DNA from: Chiloscyllium plagiosum
Taxonomy: Eukaryota
DNA length: 64,000 nucleotides
NCBI RefSeq assembly: GCF_004010195.1
Contig: NC_057718.1
Span: 63,781,905 to 63,845,904 of the forward strand
Reading direction: 5' to 3'
Shown here: positions 24,130 through 35,930 of the stretch, in pieces
Layout of the letters: every line of letters starts with the position of its first letter
Numbering within the stretch: the stretch's first letter is position 1
Notes under the pieces: model-generated
Told to the model about the DNA's origin: nothing
Databases searched by the model: none
The model's input: the letters and a program-made list of their open reading frames with translations, nothing else
Made by a program: the position numbers and the translations under genes

Positions 24130-25510
24130 AGTTGAGATTAACTAAAAATGAAGTATTCCTGTACAGTTACAACAATGGCATATTACCTGGGTTTGTCCTA
24201 TATACAAAAAACAGGACAAATTCAAACTGGCCAATTATTGTCCCATCAGTCTACTCTCAATCATCTGGAAAGTGTCATCAACAGTGCCATCAAACAGCAA
24301 CTGCTCAGCAATAACCTGCTCAGTGATGTCCAGTTGAGGATCTGATTGGGCAACCCAGCTCCGAACCTTATTACAGCCTTGGTTCAAGCATGAACAAAAG
24401 AGCTGAATTCCGAGGTGAGGTGAGCGTGACAGAACTTGACAGCAAAGCTGCATTTGACAGCATATGGCAGCAAGGAGCCCTAGCAAAACTGGAATCAATG
24501 GGTATCGGGGCAAACTATCTGCTGGTTGGAGTTATACCTGGTGCATTGGAAGATAGTTGTGTTTGTTGGAGACCATTCATCTCTGCAGAAGTTCCTTTGG
24601 GTAGTGTCCCAGGCCCAACCATCTTCAGATGCTTCAGCAATGACCTTCTCTCCAGCATAAGGTCAGCAATGAGAATGTTCATTGATGATTGCACAATGTT
24701 CAGCACCATTCATGACTCATCAGATACTGAAGCAGTCCATATTCAAATGCAACAAGATCCAGACAACATCCAGGTTTGGGCTGACAAGTGGCAAGTAACA
24801 TTTGTGCCGTACAAATGCCAGGCAATGGCCATCTCTAACAACGAACAATCTAACCACTGCCCCATGACATTCAATGCTGTTACCAGCACTGAAATTATCA
24901 ACGCCAATTATCAAACCTAACTGGACTCATCACATAAACACAGTGGCTTAAAAAGCAGGTCAGATATTAGGAATGCTGCAGTGAGTAACTCACTTCCTGA
25001 CTTCCAAAGCGTGTCCACCATCTACAAGCACTAGACTACATTGTGATGGAATACTCCCCACTTGCCTAAATGGGTGCAGCTCCAACAACACTCAAAAAGC
25101 TTGATCAAACAGCGTGCTTGATTGGTATCACACCCACAAACATCCACCCTCTCCACCACTGATGCTCAGCAGCAGCAGTACGTACTAACTACATAATACA
25201 CTGCAGATCCTCAAACTTTACCTTCCAAACCCACAACTACAGCCATCTAGAAGCACAGAAGCATCAGATACATGGAAGCACCACCACCTGCAAGTTCCCC
25301 TCCAAGTTGCTCACCATCCTGACTTTGAAATATATCACCGTTCCTTCACTGTTGCCGGGTCAAAATCCTGGATTTCCCTCCCTAAGGGCATTGTACAGTA
25401 CATGGACTGCAGCAGTTCAAGAAAGCAGCTTCTCAAGGGGCAACAAGGGATAGGCAATAAATGTTGGCCAGTCCACAATGTCCACAACACATAGGTGAGT
25501 AAAATGAAAT
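24130..25510 (+). mobile_element. CR1-clade LINE RT region with 3' end (family of 1435-5682)
   Basis: ORF 24390-24920: LDSKAAFDSIW, VPLGSVPGPTIF, MFIDDC, QQDPDNIQVWADKWQVTFVPYKC. Confidence 0.85.
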
Positions 25511-25728
25511 AATGCATGTAAATAGCCTTGTGCTGCTCACTAGCAAAAATCTTGTCTCACTGTTCAACACATGGTTGGAAAATAGGACTTTTTTCTCTCA
25601 ATGTTGAGAATCTCCTTTCTGCTGATTTCATGCAATTTTATCAACTTTCTCGCCAATGGCCATATCATTCAGGGACTAGGAAGCCTCAGCTCAACATCGC
25701 AGAAGTTTCGGGTGGGAATGGCTCTGGA

Positions 25729-26740
25729 TGAATTGAATTGAATTTATTGTCACATGTACCGAGGCACAGTGAAAAGATTTGTCTTGCGAACAATACAGGC
25801 AGATCACAGAGTTATATAGCATAGATAAGTAAATAATAGGTAAACAGCGACAAAACAAAAACACAGGTACAGGCGAATGCTATGAGTTTGAGAACCTATT
25901 CAGTATTCTAACAACAGTAGGGTAGAAATTGTTTCAAAACTGGCTGGTGATTGTGTTCAGGCTTCTGTACCTTTCCCCGATGGTAGAGGTTGTAGAAAAG
26001 TTTTGCCAGGATAAGATGGATCTTTGAGAATGCTGGTGGCCTTTTCTTGACAGTGGGCCTGGTAGATGGATTCTATAGATTGGCCTTTGTGATTGCCGAG
26101 TTCACTACTCTTCATAACTGTCTCCGATCTTAAATAGTACAGTTGCCATACCAGGTAGTGATACTTCCAGACAGAATGCTCTCAATGGCACACCTATAAA
26201 AGTTGGCAAGGGCATTCACTGTCATGCCAAATTTTCTCAGCTGCCTGAGGAAGAAGAGACGTTGCTGGGCCTTTGTAACCAGTGCGTCCACATGAAGAGT
26301 CCAAGAAAATTTGTTGACGATTACTGCTTCCAGGAGCTTGACACTCTCCAGTCTTTCCACCTCTGTGCTGTTAATGTGTAGGGGGGCATGAGTAACACCC
26401 TGCTGAAAGTCAATAATGAGTTCCTTGGTTTTGCTGGCATTGAGAGCTAGGTTGTTCTCAGTGCCCCATTTTTCCAGATCTTCCACCTCCTATCTGTGGT
26501 CTGTTTCATTGCCGTCTGAGTTTTGACCAACTATGGTGGTGTCATCAGCGAACTTGTACATGGCTTTAGTCTGGTATTTGGTGATGTAGTCATGGGTATA
26601 CAGCAAGTACTGTAGGGGGCTGAGTAAACACCCCTGGTGGGCCCAGTGTTGAGTGTTAGTGAGGATGAAATATTGTCCCCAATCTTCACTGATTGTGGCC
26701 TGTGGGTCAGGAAACTGAGGATCCAGTTGCAGATGGGTCA
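25729..26740 (-). mobile_element. Rex1/Babar-like LINE, 5'-truncated
   Basis: [55 protein letters not shown]; tail TGACAATAAA(TTCAA)n on the minus strand. Confidence 0.88.
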
Positions 26741-27306
26741 AATGGCCTCTTGCTCTGCTGTTTCAATTCTCTGCGGCTATGAACTACTGTGATCACTGAA
26801 TTGGTCAACACCTCGGCATAATAGCATGATTTTGGAACAGATTGTTCCAGGAACTTTGCCAGTCTAGAAACTCCTCAGTGAGGTGATAATGCTTCCTTTA
26901 AATGTGCATCACTTTTTAATCGAAAAATTAATCCCAGAGATCCCTTGAGCATGAAGGCAATGACTAACAACCATCTGTGACACAGTAAGAAGAATCCTGT
27001 GGGAACAGAAATTGATGATCCTCCTGGAGAATTCTATGACAGGCACCTCATAAATTAATCCATGTAAATGAAGGGAAAGAAATGAAATAAGAATGAATGG
27101 AACACCACGTTATAAGGAAATCCAGGGGGAAAATAATTTACTGCAGTAGGCTTTCTGTTAGCTTACTATTGTAAATCTACTAAAGCCATTGACAATATTG
27201 AGTGTCAGTGTGAAATAAAACTACAATGCAGGAGGTTAGGAAAAAAATGTTCTTTCCTAATATTCTGATTTTATTTCACAAAAATGGAGGATCCACTACT
27301 GATGTG

Positions 27307-27610
27307 GAGGTGGCTCAGTGGTTAGCACTGCTGCCTCACTGCACCAAGGTCCCAGGTTCGATTCCAGCCTCTGGCGACTGTCTGCGTGGAGTTTGCACAT
27401 TCTCCCCATGTCTGCGTGGGTTTCCTCCGAGTGCTCTTGTTTCCTCCCAGGGTCCAAAGATGTGCCGGCCAGGTGAATTGGCCACGCTAAATTGCCCATA
27501 GTGTTAGGTGCATTAGTTGGAGGGAAATAGGTCTGGGTGGGTGACTCTTTGGAGGGTCGGTGTGCACAGGTTGGGCCAAAGGGCCTGTTTCCACACTATA
27601 GGTAATCTAA
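27307..27610 (+). mobile_element. HE1-type SINE
   Basis: A-box and B-box (GGTTCGATTCC), V-domain, tail. Confidence 0.88.
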
Positions 27611-27699
27611 AAAAAACTGTTTAAGGGCTGAAACTGTCAGGTGTTAAACCTCTCTCACAGAGAATTTGTAAAGGCTTATTAGAAATTCCATTTGTTTCA

Positions 27700-29472
27700 A
27701 ATTGTCCAGGCCAACCAGACATACTCAATTAATCTAGTCCTACTTGCCAGCATTTGGAACATATCTCTCTCAACCTTTCCTAATCATGAACTCATCCAGA
27801 TGCTTTTTAAATGTTTCGATTGTCGCAGCCTTCACCACTTCCTATGGCAGCTCATTCCATACACGCACCACCCTCTGCGTGAAAAGTCGTCCCTTAGATC
27901 CTTTTGAAATCTTTCCTGTCTTATCCAGCCAGGGAAAGGGTTGGCCCACTCAACAACAAAGGGGAGAATCTTTGTGTGGAGCCAGAAGAGGTAGTTGAGG
28001 TCCTAAATGAATACTTTGTATCAGTATTCACCAAAAAGAAGGAAGTGGTGGAGGATTATCTTAGGGATCAACTGGCAAGATGGATACAGAACTGGCTTAG
28101 TCATAGGAGGCTGAGGGTGGCAGTGGAAGGATGCTTTTTGGAATGGAGGGATGTGATGAGTGGTGTTCCTCAGGATTTGTAGAATCCCTGCATTGTGGAA
28201 GCAGGCCTTTCAGTTCATCGAGTCACACTAAACCCTCCAAACAGTATCCCACCCAGACGCCACGTAACCCCCATAACCCTGCAATTCCCATGTCTAACCC
28301 AATATCTTGCACATCCCTGGACACTATGGGCAATTTAGCATGGCCAATGTACCTAAACTGTACATCTTGGATTATGGGAGGAAACCGGACCACCCAGAAG
28401 AAACCTACATAGACACGGGGAGAATGTACAAACTCCACACAGACACTCGCCCGAGGCTGGAATTAAGCCCAGATCCCTGATGTTGTGAAGCAGCAGTGCT
28501 AGCCATTGAGCCACCATGCCACCCAATCAGTGCTGGGACCTCTCCTGTTCCTGGTCTATGTAAGTGATTTGAAGAAAATGCAGCTGATCTAATTAGTAAG
28601 TTTGCAAATGATACAAAGATTGGTAGAGTTGTGGTTGGTGAAGAGGATTGTCAGAGGATACAGCAGGATGTAGGTCAGTTGGAGGCATGGGCAGAAAAAT
28701 GGAAGATGGAGTTTAATCCGGACAAATGTGAGGTGCTACATTTTGGAAGGTCAAGTACAGGTAAAAATTATACAGTGAATGGCAGAACCCTTAAGTGTAT
28801 TGATATGCAGAGGGGTCTAGGTGTGCAGGTCCACAGGTCACTGAAGGTGGCAGCACAGGTAGATAAGGTAGGACAAAAGGCTTATGGCATGTTTGCCTTC
28901 AATGGAAGGGGCATTGTGTATAAGGGATAGAAAAGTTATGCTGCAGCTTTTTAGAACTTGAGTTAGGCCACACTTGGAATATTGCATACTGTTCAGGTCA
29001 CCACACTACCAGAAAGATGTGGATGCTTTGGAGACGGTACAGAAAAAGTTTACCAGGATGTTGCCTAGTATGGGGAATTTTAGCTATGAAGAAAAGTTGG
29101 ATTTGTTTTCACTGGAATGCAGGAGGTTGAGGGATGACCTGATTGTGAATGGCATGGATAGAGTGAAAAGTATGAAACTTTTTACCAGGGTGGAGGGGTC
29201 AATTACTAGAGGACACAGGTTCAAGGCGCAAAGATTGAAGTTTAAAAGAGATGTGAGAGGCAAGTTTTTCACACAAAATGTGAGTGCCTGGAACATGCTG
29301 CCAGAGGAGGTGGTTGAAGCAGACATAATGGCAGCATTCAAGAAACACCTAGACAAATTCATGAATAGGAAGGGAATAGAGGGATATGGATCCTGTAAGT
29401 GAAGAGACAGCCTTAATATGGAAGGGCAAAATATGTTGATGCAGGCTTGGAGGACCAAAGGGCTTGTTCCCA
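27700..29472 (+). mobile_element. CR1 LINE fragments: a short minus-strand 3' piece (27700-27915), then a + strand RT to 3' end containing a SINE
   Basis: SGVPQ|SINE|SVLGP junction, WKMEFNPDKCEVLHFG, RPHLEYC, FFTQ..WNMLP. Confidence 0.85.
28180..28524 (-). mobile_element. HE1-type SINE inserted in the CR1 RT
   Basis: Interrupts the GVPQGSVLGP codons. Confidence 0.85.
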
Positions 29473-29474
29473 TG

Positions 29475-31090
29475 CTGCATTGTTCTTTGTTCTAAGCCCT
29501 CTAGATCTGGACTCCCATACCCTGGATAAAAGATCTTGGCTACTCACCCTGTTGGGGCAGTCCCTGGTTCAGAGGTGGTGCAACATCCGTTGGTATAAAT
29601 ATAGCTTCAGTAACAGGATTACCTTGCCTAATCCAGTATTAAAGTGAGGTCATACATTAGTACAATAGTAGCTTTGAGAAGGAGTTATCGCAAGGTAACA
29701 GGGTCGACTTTGAACAAAAGATTTTACAAATTAACATGCCAGGAATTCTATAAAAACAACAGCTGCTGATATCTGTAGGAGATAGTTCGATAAGAGATGT
29801 TTGAGAACAGTTTGTAGTAAGCATTAAAAAGAAAAGTAGGATCCCACAATAACAGGGATAAATGATAAGGGTGGGATTATGTCTTGTAAAAATCTAGGAG
29901 ATTGGACAAGTTTATTGAGCTGTGAAAGTGATTGAGATTTAGTCTTAGTAATGAAAAATATGTCATCCTATAAGTTAAGAGAGTTAGTCAGAGTAGGGGC
30001 AGTAAATTTCATCTTAAAAGACAGTATGTGACTAGAATGAGTTATAATGCAGCTGCAAGATAGAGGGGCAGTGTCGAACTGACACTCACAGGTCAGGTAA
30101 GACAGAAACTGCTGACAACTCATGAGCTAAAGAATGTTAACGGCAGATGTAAACATAAAACTTTACATATAAAGAACTTGATAGTAGAACTGATATTAAG
30201 AATCTTGTAGCAATTAGTGAGAACTTACTTCCTTTTGTATCTCCTGTGATAAGGACAGTGGGAAATGTAAGTAACAGAATTTGATAATGATAGCAATGAA
30301 CACAATGAATAGCTGAATTTGAGCAGTCTTTAGATAGAAGCAAGTCTGGGAAATTTCTGAAAAAAGGTATAACTGTTAACTTTGGAATGTGAATTAATGG
30401 GATACATTGTAAGATCCCAAGGCTTGATGATTACAATGTCTGATAAACATCGTGAAGTCAAGGGGAACCTCAGACTGTCCATAGGGATGTCCATCATTGA
30501 TCAGGTGTTTGGATGTATAGATTAAGGGGGAAAGGAACGATGACAATGTTGCATGTAATTATTGTAATACCAAATGTATAAAAATGCTGTATCTCACCGG
30601 GAAAACCAGAGCATCATTGACTTCTCTTTTGGTCTGAGCCGGTATTAAGACAGCCACAGGGTCTCATGTGATGGCCAGATTTGGAGTAGTCTCTGGCCTC
30701 TCCCAGACATGTGTTAAAGAGCTCAAATAATGATCAATTTTACTTCTGAACACAGAACTTGAGGCTGCTCGTTGACATCTCACCCCAGAAACCCTATCCA
30801 TGCCCCTCATGGTTTTATAAACCTCTACAACCCTCAGCATCTGATGCTCCAGGGAAAATAGCCCTAACCTATTCAGCCTCTCCCTATAGCTCAAAACCTC
30901 TAGCCCTGGCAACATCCTTATAAATCTTTTCTGTACCTTTTCAAGTTTAACAATATCTTTCCTATGGCAGGGAGACCAGAATTGCACGCAATGTTCCAAA
31001 AGTGGCCCAACCAATGTCCTGTACACCTACAACATGACATCCAAACCCGAAACTCAATGCACTGACCAATAAAGGCAAATGCATCAAGCA
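29475..31090 (-). mobile_element. CR1 fragment split by the LTR-like insertion at 29550-30790
   Basis: ORF 30664-31026(-): YRTLVGPLLEHCVQFWSP...; CR1 sequence CTCACCC|...|ACCCTATCC resumes across the insert. Confidence 0.8.
29550..30790 (+). mobile_element. Probable solo LTR (~1.24 kb)
   Basis: TGTTGGGG...CCCCAGAA imperfect inverted termini; TSD ACCC at 29546-29549 and 30791-30794; TATA-like TGTATAAAAA at ~30576; non-coding. Confidence 0.6.
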
Positions 31091-31218
31091 CTTACAATTT
31101 AAGTTATGTTTAAAAACTGTTTGTGCAAATTCACATTCTTTTTGGGGTGGGATTCCTTATTGCATTCAGCCTAATTAATGGAAATGAAGAGAACTTCTAC
31201 ATGGTGAGGAGTGCCTGA

Positions 31219-31459
31219 ATTAGATTAGATTACTTACAGTGTGGAAACAGGCCCTTCGGTCCAACAAGTCCACACCAACCCGCCGAAGCGCAACCCACCT
31301 ATTACCCTACATTTACCTCTTTACCTAACACTACGGGCAATTTAGCATGGCCAATTCACCTGGCCTGCACATTTTTGGGCTGTGGGAGGAAACCGGAGCA
31401 CCCAGAGGAAACACATACAGACATGGGGAGAATGTGCAAACTCCACGCAGTCAGTCGCC
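31219..31459 (-). mobile_element. HE1-type SINE, 5'-truncated
   Basis: Tail and V-domain present, head missing. Confidence 0.85.
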
Positions 31460-31765
31460 AAGGGACAAAGGGTTTTGCAGAGACTGCTCTGCTGTCGCTC
31501 CCCTGGTACTTCTCTGCTTTTTAAAATTTGAACATGTAGAATTAGTAATGTTAATCCAAAAATCACCAAGTATCTTCCCAATCATTTCAAAAATAGTGTA
31601 AGTAAAGATTCAACACATTGTAAAACTTAAAGACATAGAAGGTATAAGCTTTAAATTCCCAATTAGAATAGAAAACTGGCACCAATATGTTTGAGAGAAG
31701 AAAATAGGTTCTTCATTGGCTCTGTTCTACATGAAAATGAACAAACAATTCAGTCTCCTGTGCTT

Positions 31766-32063
31766 TAGATTACAGTGTGGAAACAGGCCCTTCGGCCCAA
31801 CAAGTCCACACCGACCCGCCGAAGCGCAACCCACCCATACCCCTACATTTACCCCTTACCTAACACTACAGGCAATTTAGCATGGCCAATTCACCTGACC
31901 CTGCACATCTTTGGATGGTGGGAGGAAACCGGAGCACCCGGAGGAAACCCACGCAGACACGGGGAGAACGTGCAAACTCCACACAGTCAGTCGCCTGAGG
32001 CGGGAATTGAACCCGGGTCTCTGGTGCTGTGAGGCAGCAGTGCTAACCACTGTGCCACCGTGC
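31766..32063 (-). mobile_element. HE1-type SINE, young subfamily
   Basis: Nearly identical to 14124-14437. Confidence 0.92.
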
Positions 32064-33109
32064 TGCTAGCAGGGAAAGCTTTCTCTGTGCTGTTTAGAGG
32101 TGTACAAGACAAACCAATTTTCCTCATTGAATGTGAGTACAGATACAAGTACTTCCATTGTTCTAAATGTGGTTTAAGATGATACCTAAGTGCAACAACT
32201 TGTCTGACAGTAGAAGGCTAAATCCATGTGGGCACCAGCACTTAGATTACATTATCCTTCTGAGTGCTGACTAATATAAAAGATAATTTATGGCATACTA
32301 TAGCAATTTAGTTAAACCACTTAAAATTGTACTTCCTATATTTTATATAGCTGACTAATCTATGGAAAACATTTGAAACTGACTTCAATGGTGAGCAATT
32401 CATGTCAGTTCAAGTGGGTACAATTAAATAGCAATAAATTGCAGAAAAATGGCTATATTGTAACATTTTTTGGAAACCTTCACAATTCAAATGTAGCTTT
32501 TGCAAACCAACCATAAGTAACAATTACAGTGAAGCTGGGGTTTCCTATTGTTTGGAGAAAGGCAATTGTATGCAATGTACTGCCTGGCTTGTCTTAGCCC
32601 TGTGGCCTCTACCTCTGCTTTAAGTGACTATGTGTACGATTTGTGGCAGCCATTAAAAGCACAGCACTTGAAACATAGTGCCAGAAATGATGCAGCTGCA
32701 AATGTATAGAATTTCAGTGGTGTAGTTAAAAGCCAGCAAAGGAAGCAACATTCTGGAAGTAACAAAAAAAATCTGCAACTACTAGCTGAGGTAAAATGGC
32801 AGTGAACTTTTCATTCCCTACTGTTGTGGAAATGAAAGGAGATATAAAGGAGAATTGGAATTTTTTTTTCCCACTGGCAAAATGATGAAACAAGTACAAA
32901 ATTAAATATGGAGACTGTGAAAATTATAGTAGCAACCATTGTATTGGTGCTGGGGAAAGCGTGAGGCAAGTTTTATCGTGGGCAGAATCTCACTGAAGAG
33001 CAGAAAAGCCAGACAGAATTAATTTTTCAGCCTCTGAAGACATACCTTCAACCTCATATTAAAGCTACTTATGGATGATATGAGTTCAATAATACACAAC
33101 TAATCTTCA

Positions 33110-34700
33110 GGAAATGCTAGGGGACAGAGGGTCAAGCATGAAGGAGAAGCCTAAGGAAATCCTTGTTTATCAGGAAATGGCATTGGGGAATTTGATTGGA
33201 TTAAAACTAAATATGTCCCCTTGGCCTGATGCTATCCATCCCAAAATACAAGGAAGTGGCCCAAGAAATAGCAGATGCATTGGTGAACATTTTCCAGCAT
33301 TCTATATACTCTGGAAGAGTTCCAATGGACTGGAGGGCAGTGAATGTGACTCCACTCTTTAAAAAAGGAGGAAGAGGGAAATGGAAAATTATAGGCCAGC
33401 TAGCCTGACATAGTTGGTGAGGAAAATACTGGAGTCAATCATTAAGGATGTAATAACTGAGCATTTGGAACTCGTGCTTAACAAATCTTCAAGAATGTTT
33501 TGAGGATGTGACAAGTAGAGTAGACAATGATGAATCAGTAGATGTGGTGTATTTAGACTTTCAAAAAACTTTTGACAATGTTCCAGAGAAGAGATTAGTA
33601 AGGAAAATTAAAGCTCGTGGTATTGGAGGAAATACATTGACATGGATATAGAACTGTGTTTTTTTCAGAAAGGAAGCAGAGAGTTAGAATCAATGGATCC
33701 TTTTCAGAGTGGCAGGCAGTGATGGGTAGGCTGCCACAGGGTTCAGTGCTGGGACCTTAGCTGTTCACAGCGTACATTAATGATTTGGATAAAGGAATTG
33801 AATGCAATATCACCAAATTGGCACATCACACTAAGCTGGGTGGCAGTGTGTGCTGTGAAGGGAATGCTAAGAGGCTGCAGGGTGACTTGGACAGACTGGC
33901 TGAGTGGCCAAATACTGGGCAAATGCAATATAATGTGGATAAATGTGAGGTTATCCACTTTGCTCACAAAAACAGGAAGGCAGATTATTATCTAAACGGT
34001 GGCAGTTTAGGAAAAGGTGAGACGCAATGAGGCCTGGGTGTCATAGTGGAACAGTCACTGAAGGTTGGCATGCAGGTGCAGCAGGCAGTGAGGAAAGCTA
34101 ATAGCATGCTGGCCTTCATAGCGAGAGGATTTGTGTATGGCAGTAAGGATGTCTTGCTGCAGTTATACAGGGCTTTGGTGAGGTCACGCCTTGAATATTG
34201 TGCGTAGTTTTGATTTCCTAGTCTGAGGAAAGACATTCTTGCTATTGAGGGATTCCAGTGAAGGTTCACCTGGCTGACTCCCAGGACGGCAGGACTGACA
34301 TATAAGGGAAGACTGCATCGACTGGGCTTATTTCACTAGAATTTAGAAGAGTGACAGGGAATCTCATAGAAACATGTACAATTCTGATGAGACTGGACAG
34401 ACTAGATGCAGGAAGTCAAGCACAAGGGGTCACAGTTTAAGAATAAGGGCTAAGCCATTCAGGACTGAGATGAGGAAGAATTTCTTCATTCAGAGAGTTG
34501 TGAACCTGTGGAATTCATTAGATATATTCAAGAAGGAGCTGGGCATGGCCCTTGTGGCTAAAGGGATCAAGAGGTATGGGGAGAGGGCAGGAATGGGATA
34601 CTGTGATTGCATGATCAGCCATGATCGTCTTAAATTGTGGTGTAGGTTCAAATGGCGAATGGCCTATTACTGCACTTATTTTCTATGTTTCTATATTTAA
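33110..34700 (+). mobile_element. CR1 LINE RT region with 3' end
   Basis: NYRPASL, VYLDFQKTFD, PQGSVLGP, QMQYNVDKCEVIHF, FFIQRVVNLWNS, tail TTCTATG. Confidence 0.9.
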
Positions 34701-34769
34701 TATCAAAGTTTGGGGTAAAGGGTGGGCAGATGAATACAGGAGATATGGAGGGAGAAAGACATTTGATTT

Positions 34770-35930
34770 AGATGTGACCACATTGGATCCTGTGAGTTTG
34801 GACAACTGATTGATGATCTCATCAGAGATAGGATTGTCTTAGGTACTGGACACCCTGCAGTGACAGCAGGTCTTCTGAAAAATGAGGAGCATTCTCTCAA
34901 GGAAGTTACCAACATATGTAAAGGCTCTGAGGATATCAGCTACAGCACATTAATGGGAGAACAGATAAGGCTTTGCATTATGCTGAGAGACATTCCAGGC
35001 TGAATGAGAACAATAGATTGAGAAAAGGGAGAAATATTTGCAGAAAAGCCAGCAGAGAGATCAAGGCCAGAGGATGGGATGTAAATATTGCAGAGGGCAT
35101 CACACCAAAGAAAGGAACATGTAGTCAGTGTGGATAAAGCAGTGCTTCAACTTTAAAAACGGAATAACTTTGCATGTAGATGTTTAGATGGGAAGAGGCA
35201 AAGAAAGTTTATAAAATTGATGACTGCAGAAATGAACAATATGTTGGATAAATCTCTCAGCATCCTATGAGAAATTGGTATTATTAGTACTAAAGATGGT
35301 AAGTGATTTATGTTGTAAGAATAATGACTGCAGAAGAAGGAGAGCATCAAGTAAATGTGAAGCGTCAGATAGATACTCATGTTTCGTGCAACAACATGAG
35401 CTTTCAGATGTGTGTAAAGTGGCTGAAGATGGTGACCCAAAAATGATACTGTTGAAAGTAAGGTTGAGGGTCTGTGGTGGAATGATCTGCATGCCAAAAT
35501 GACCAATGGAGCTGCAGCCCATTGGAGTTCCAGAGAGTAGATGTTAAGCAATATTTCCTCACAGTTGAAGCAGCTTGAAAGCTTGGACTGGTAATCCTAA
35601 TCAGAGGAGATATGCAGAACTTCACAAGCCCACTAAACTAGTGACTGCCAAGCAGATCCTAAGATATTAAAGGGATACTTTTTACAGGTACGGGATGTTT
35701 TCCAGTGAAAATCATCTCAAAGTGGATGAGAGTGTGAGACCAATGCAGCATCTACCAGGACTGTTCCAGTTGCCCTCAGGTCCATGACAAGATAGAACTA
35801 GAGAAGAGAGTAATGAAGAAGTGGCAAACCCTACATGTGAGATTATCAACATGGTACGATGAAAGAAACGATTAAGAGCAAATGTAGATCCAAAGGATTT
35901 CAATAAAGCTTTGAAAGAAATCTCACTATT
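34770..35930 (+). mobile_element. Decayed Gypsy internal fragment (gag to start of RT)
   Basis: CEFGQLIDDLIRDRIVLG (gag); CxxCG-like knuckles; VDPKDFNKALK (start of RT). Confidence 0.6.

Noticed and set aside
12242..32032. Recurrent short ORFs of the MGNLAWPIHLT / MANSPNLHIFGLWEETG / WLALLPHS type
   Set aside because: These are chance translations of HE1 SINE copies, not a gene family.
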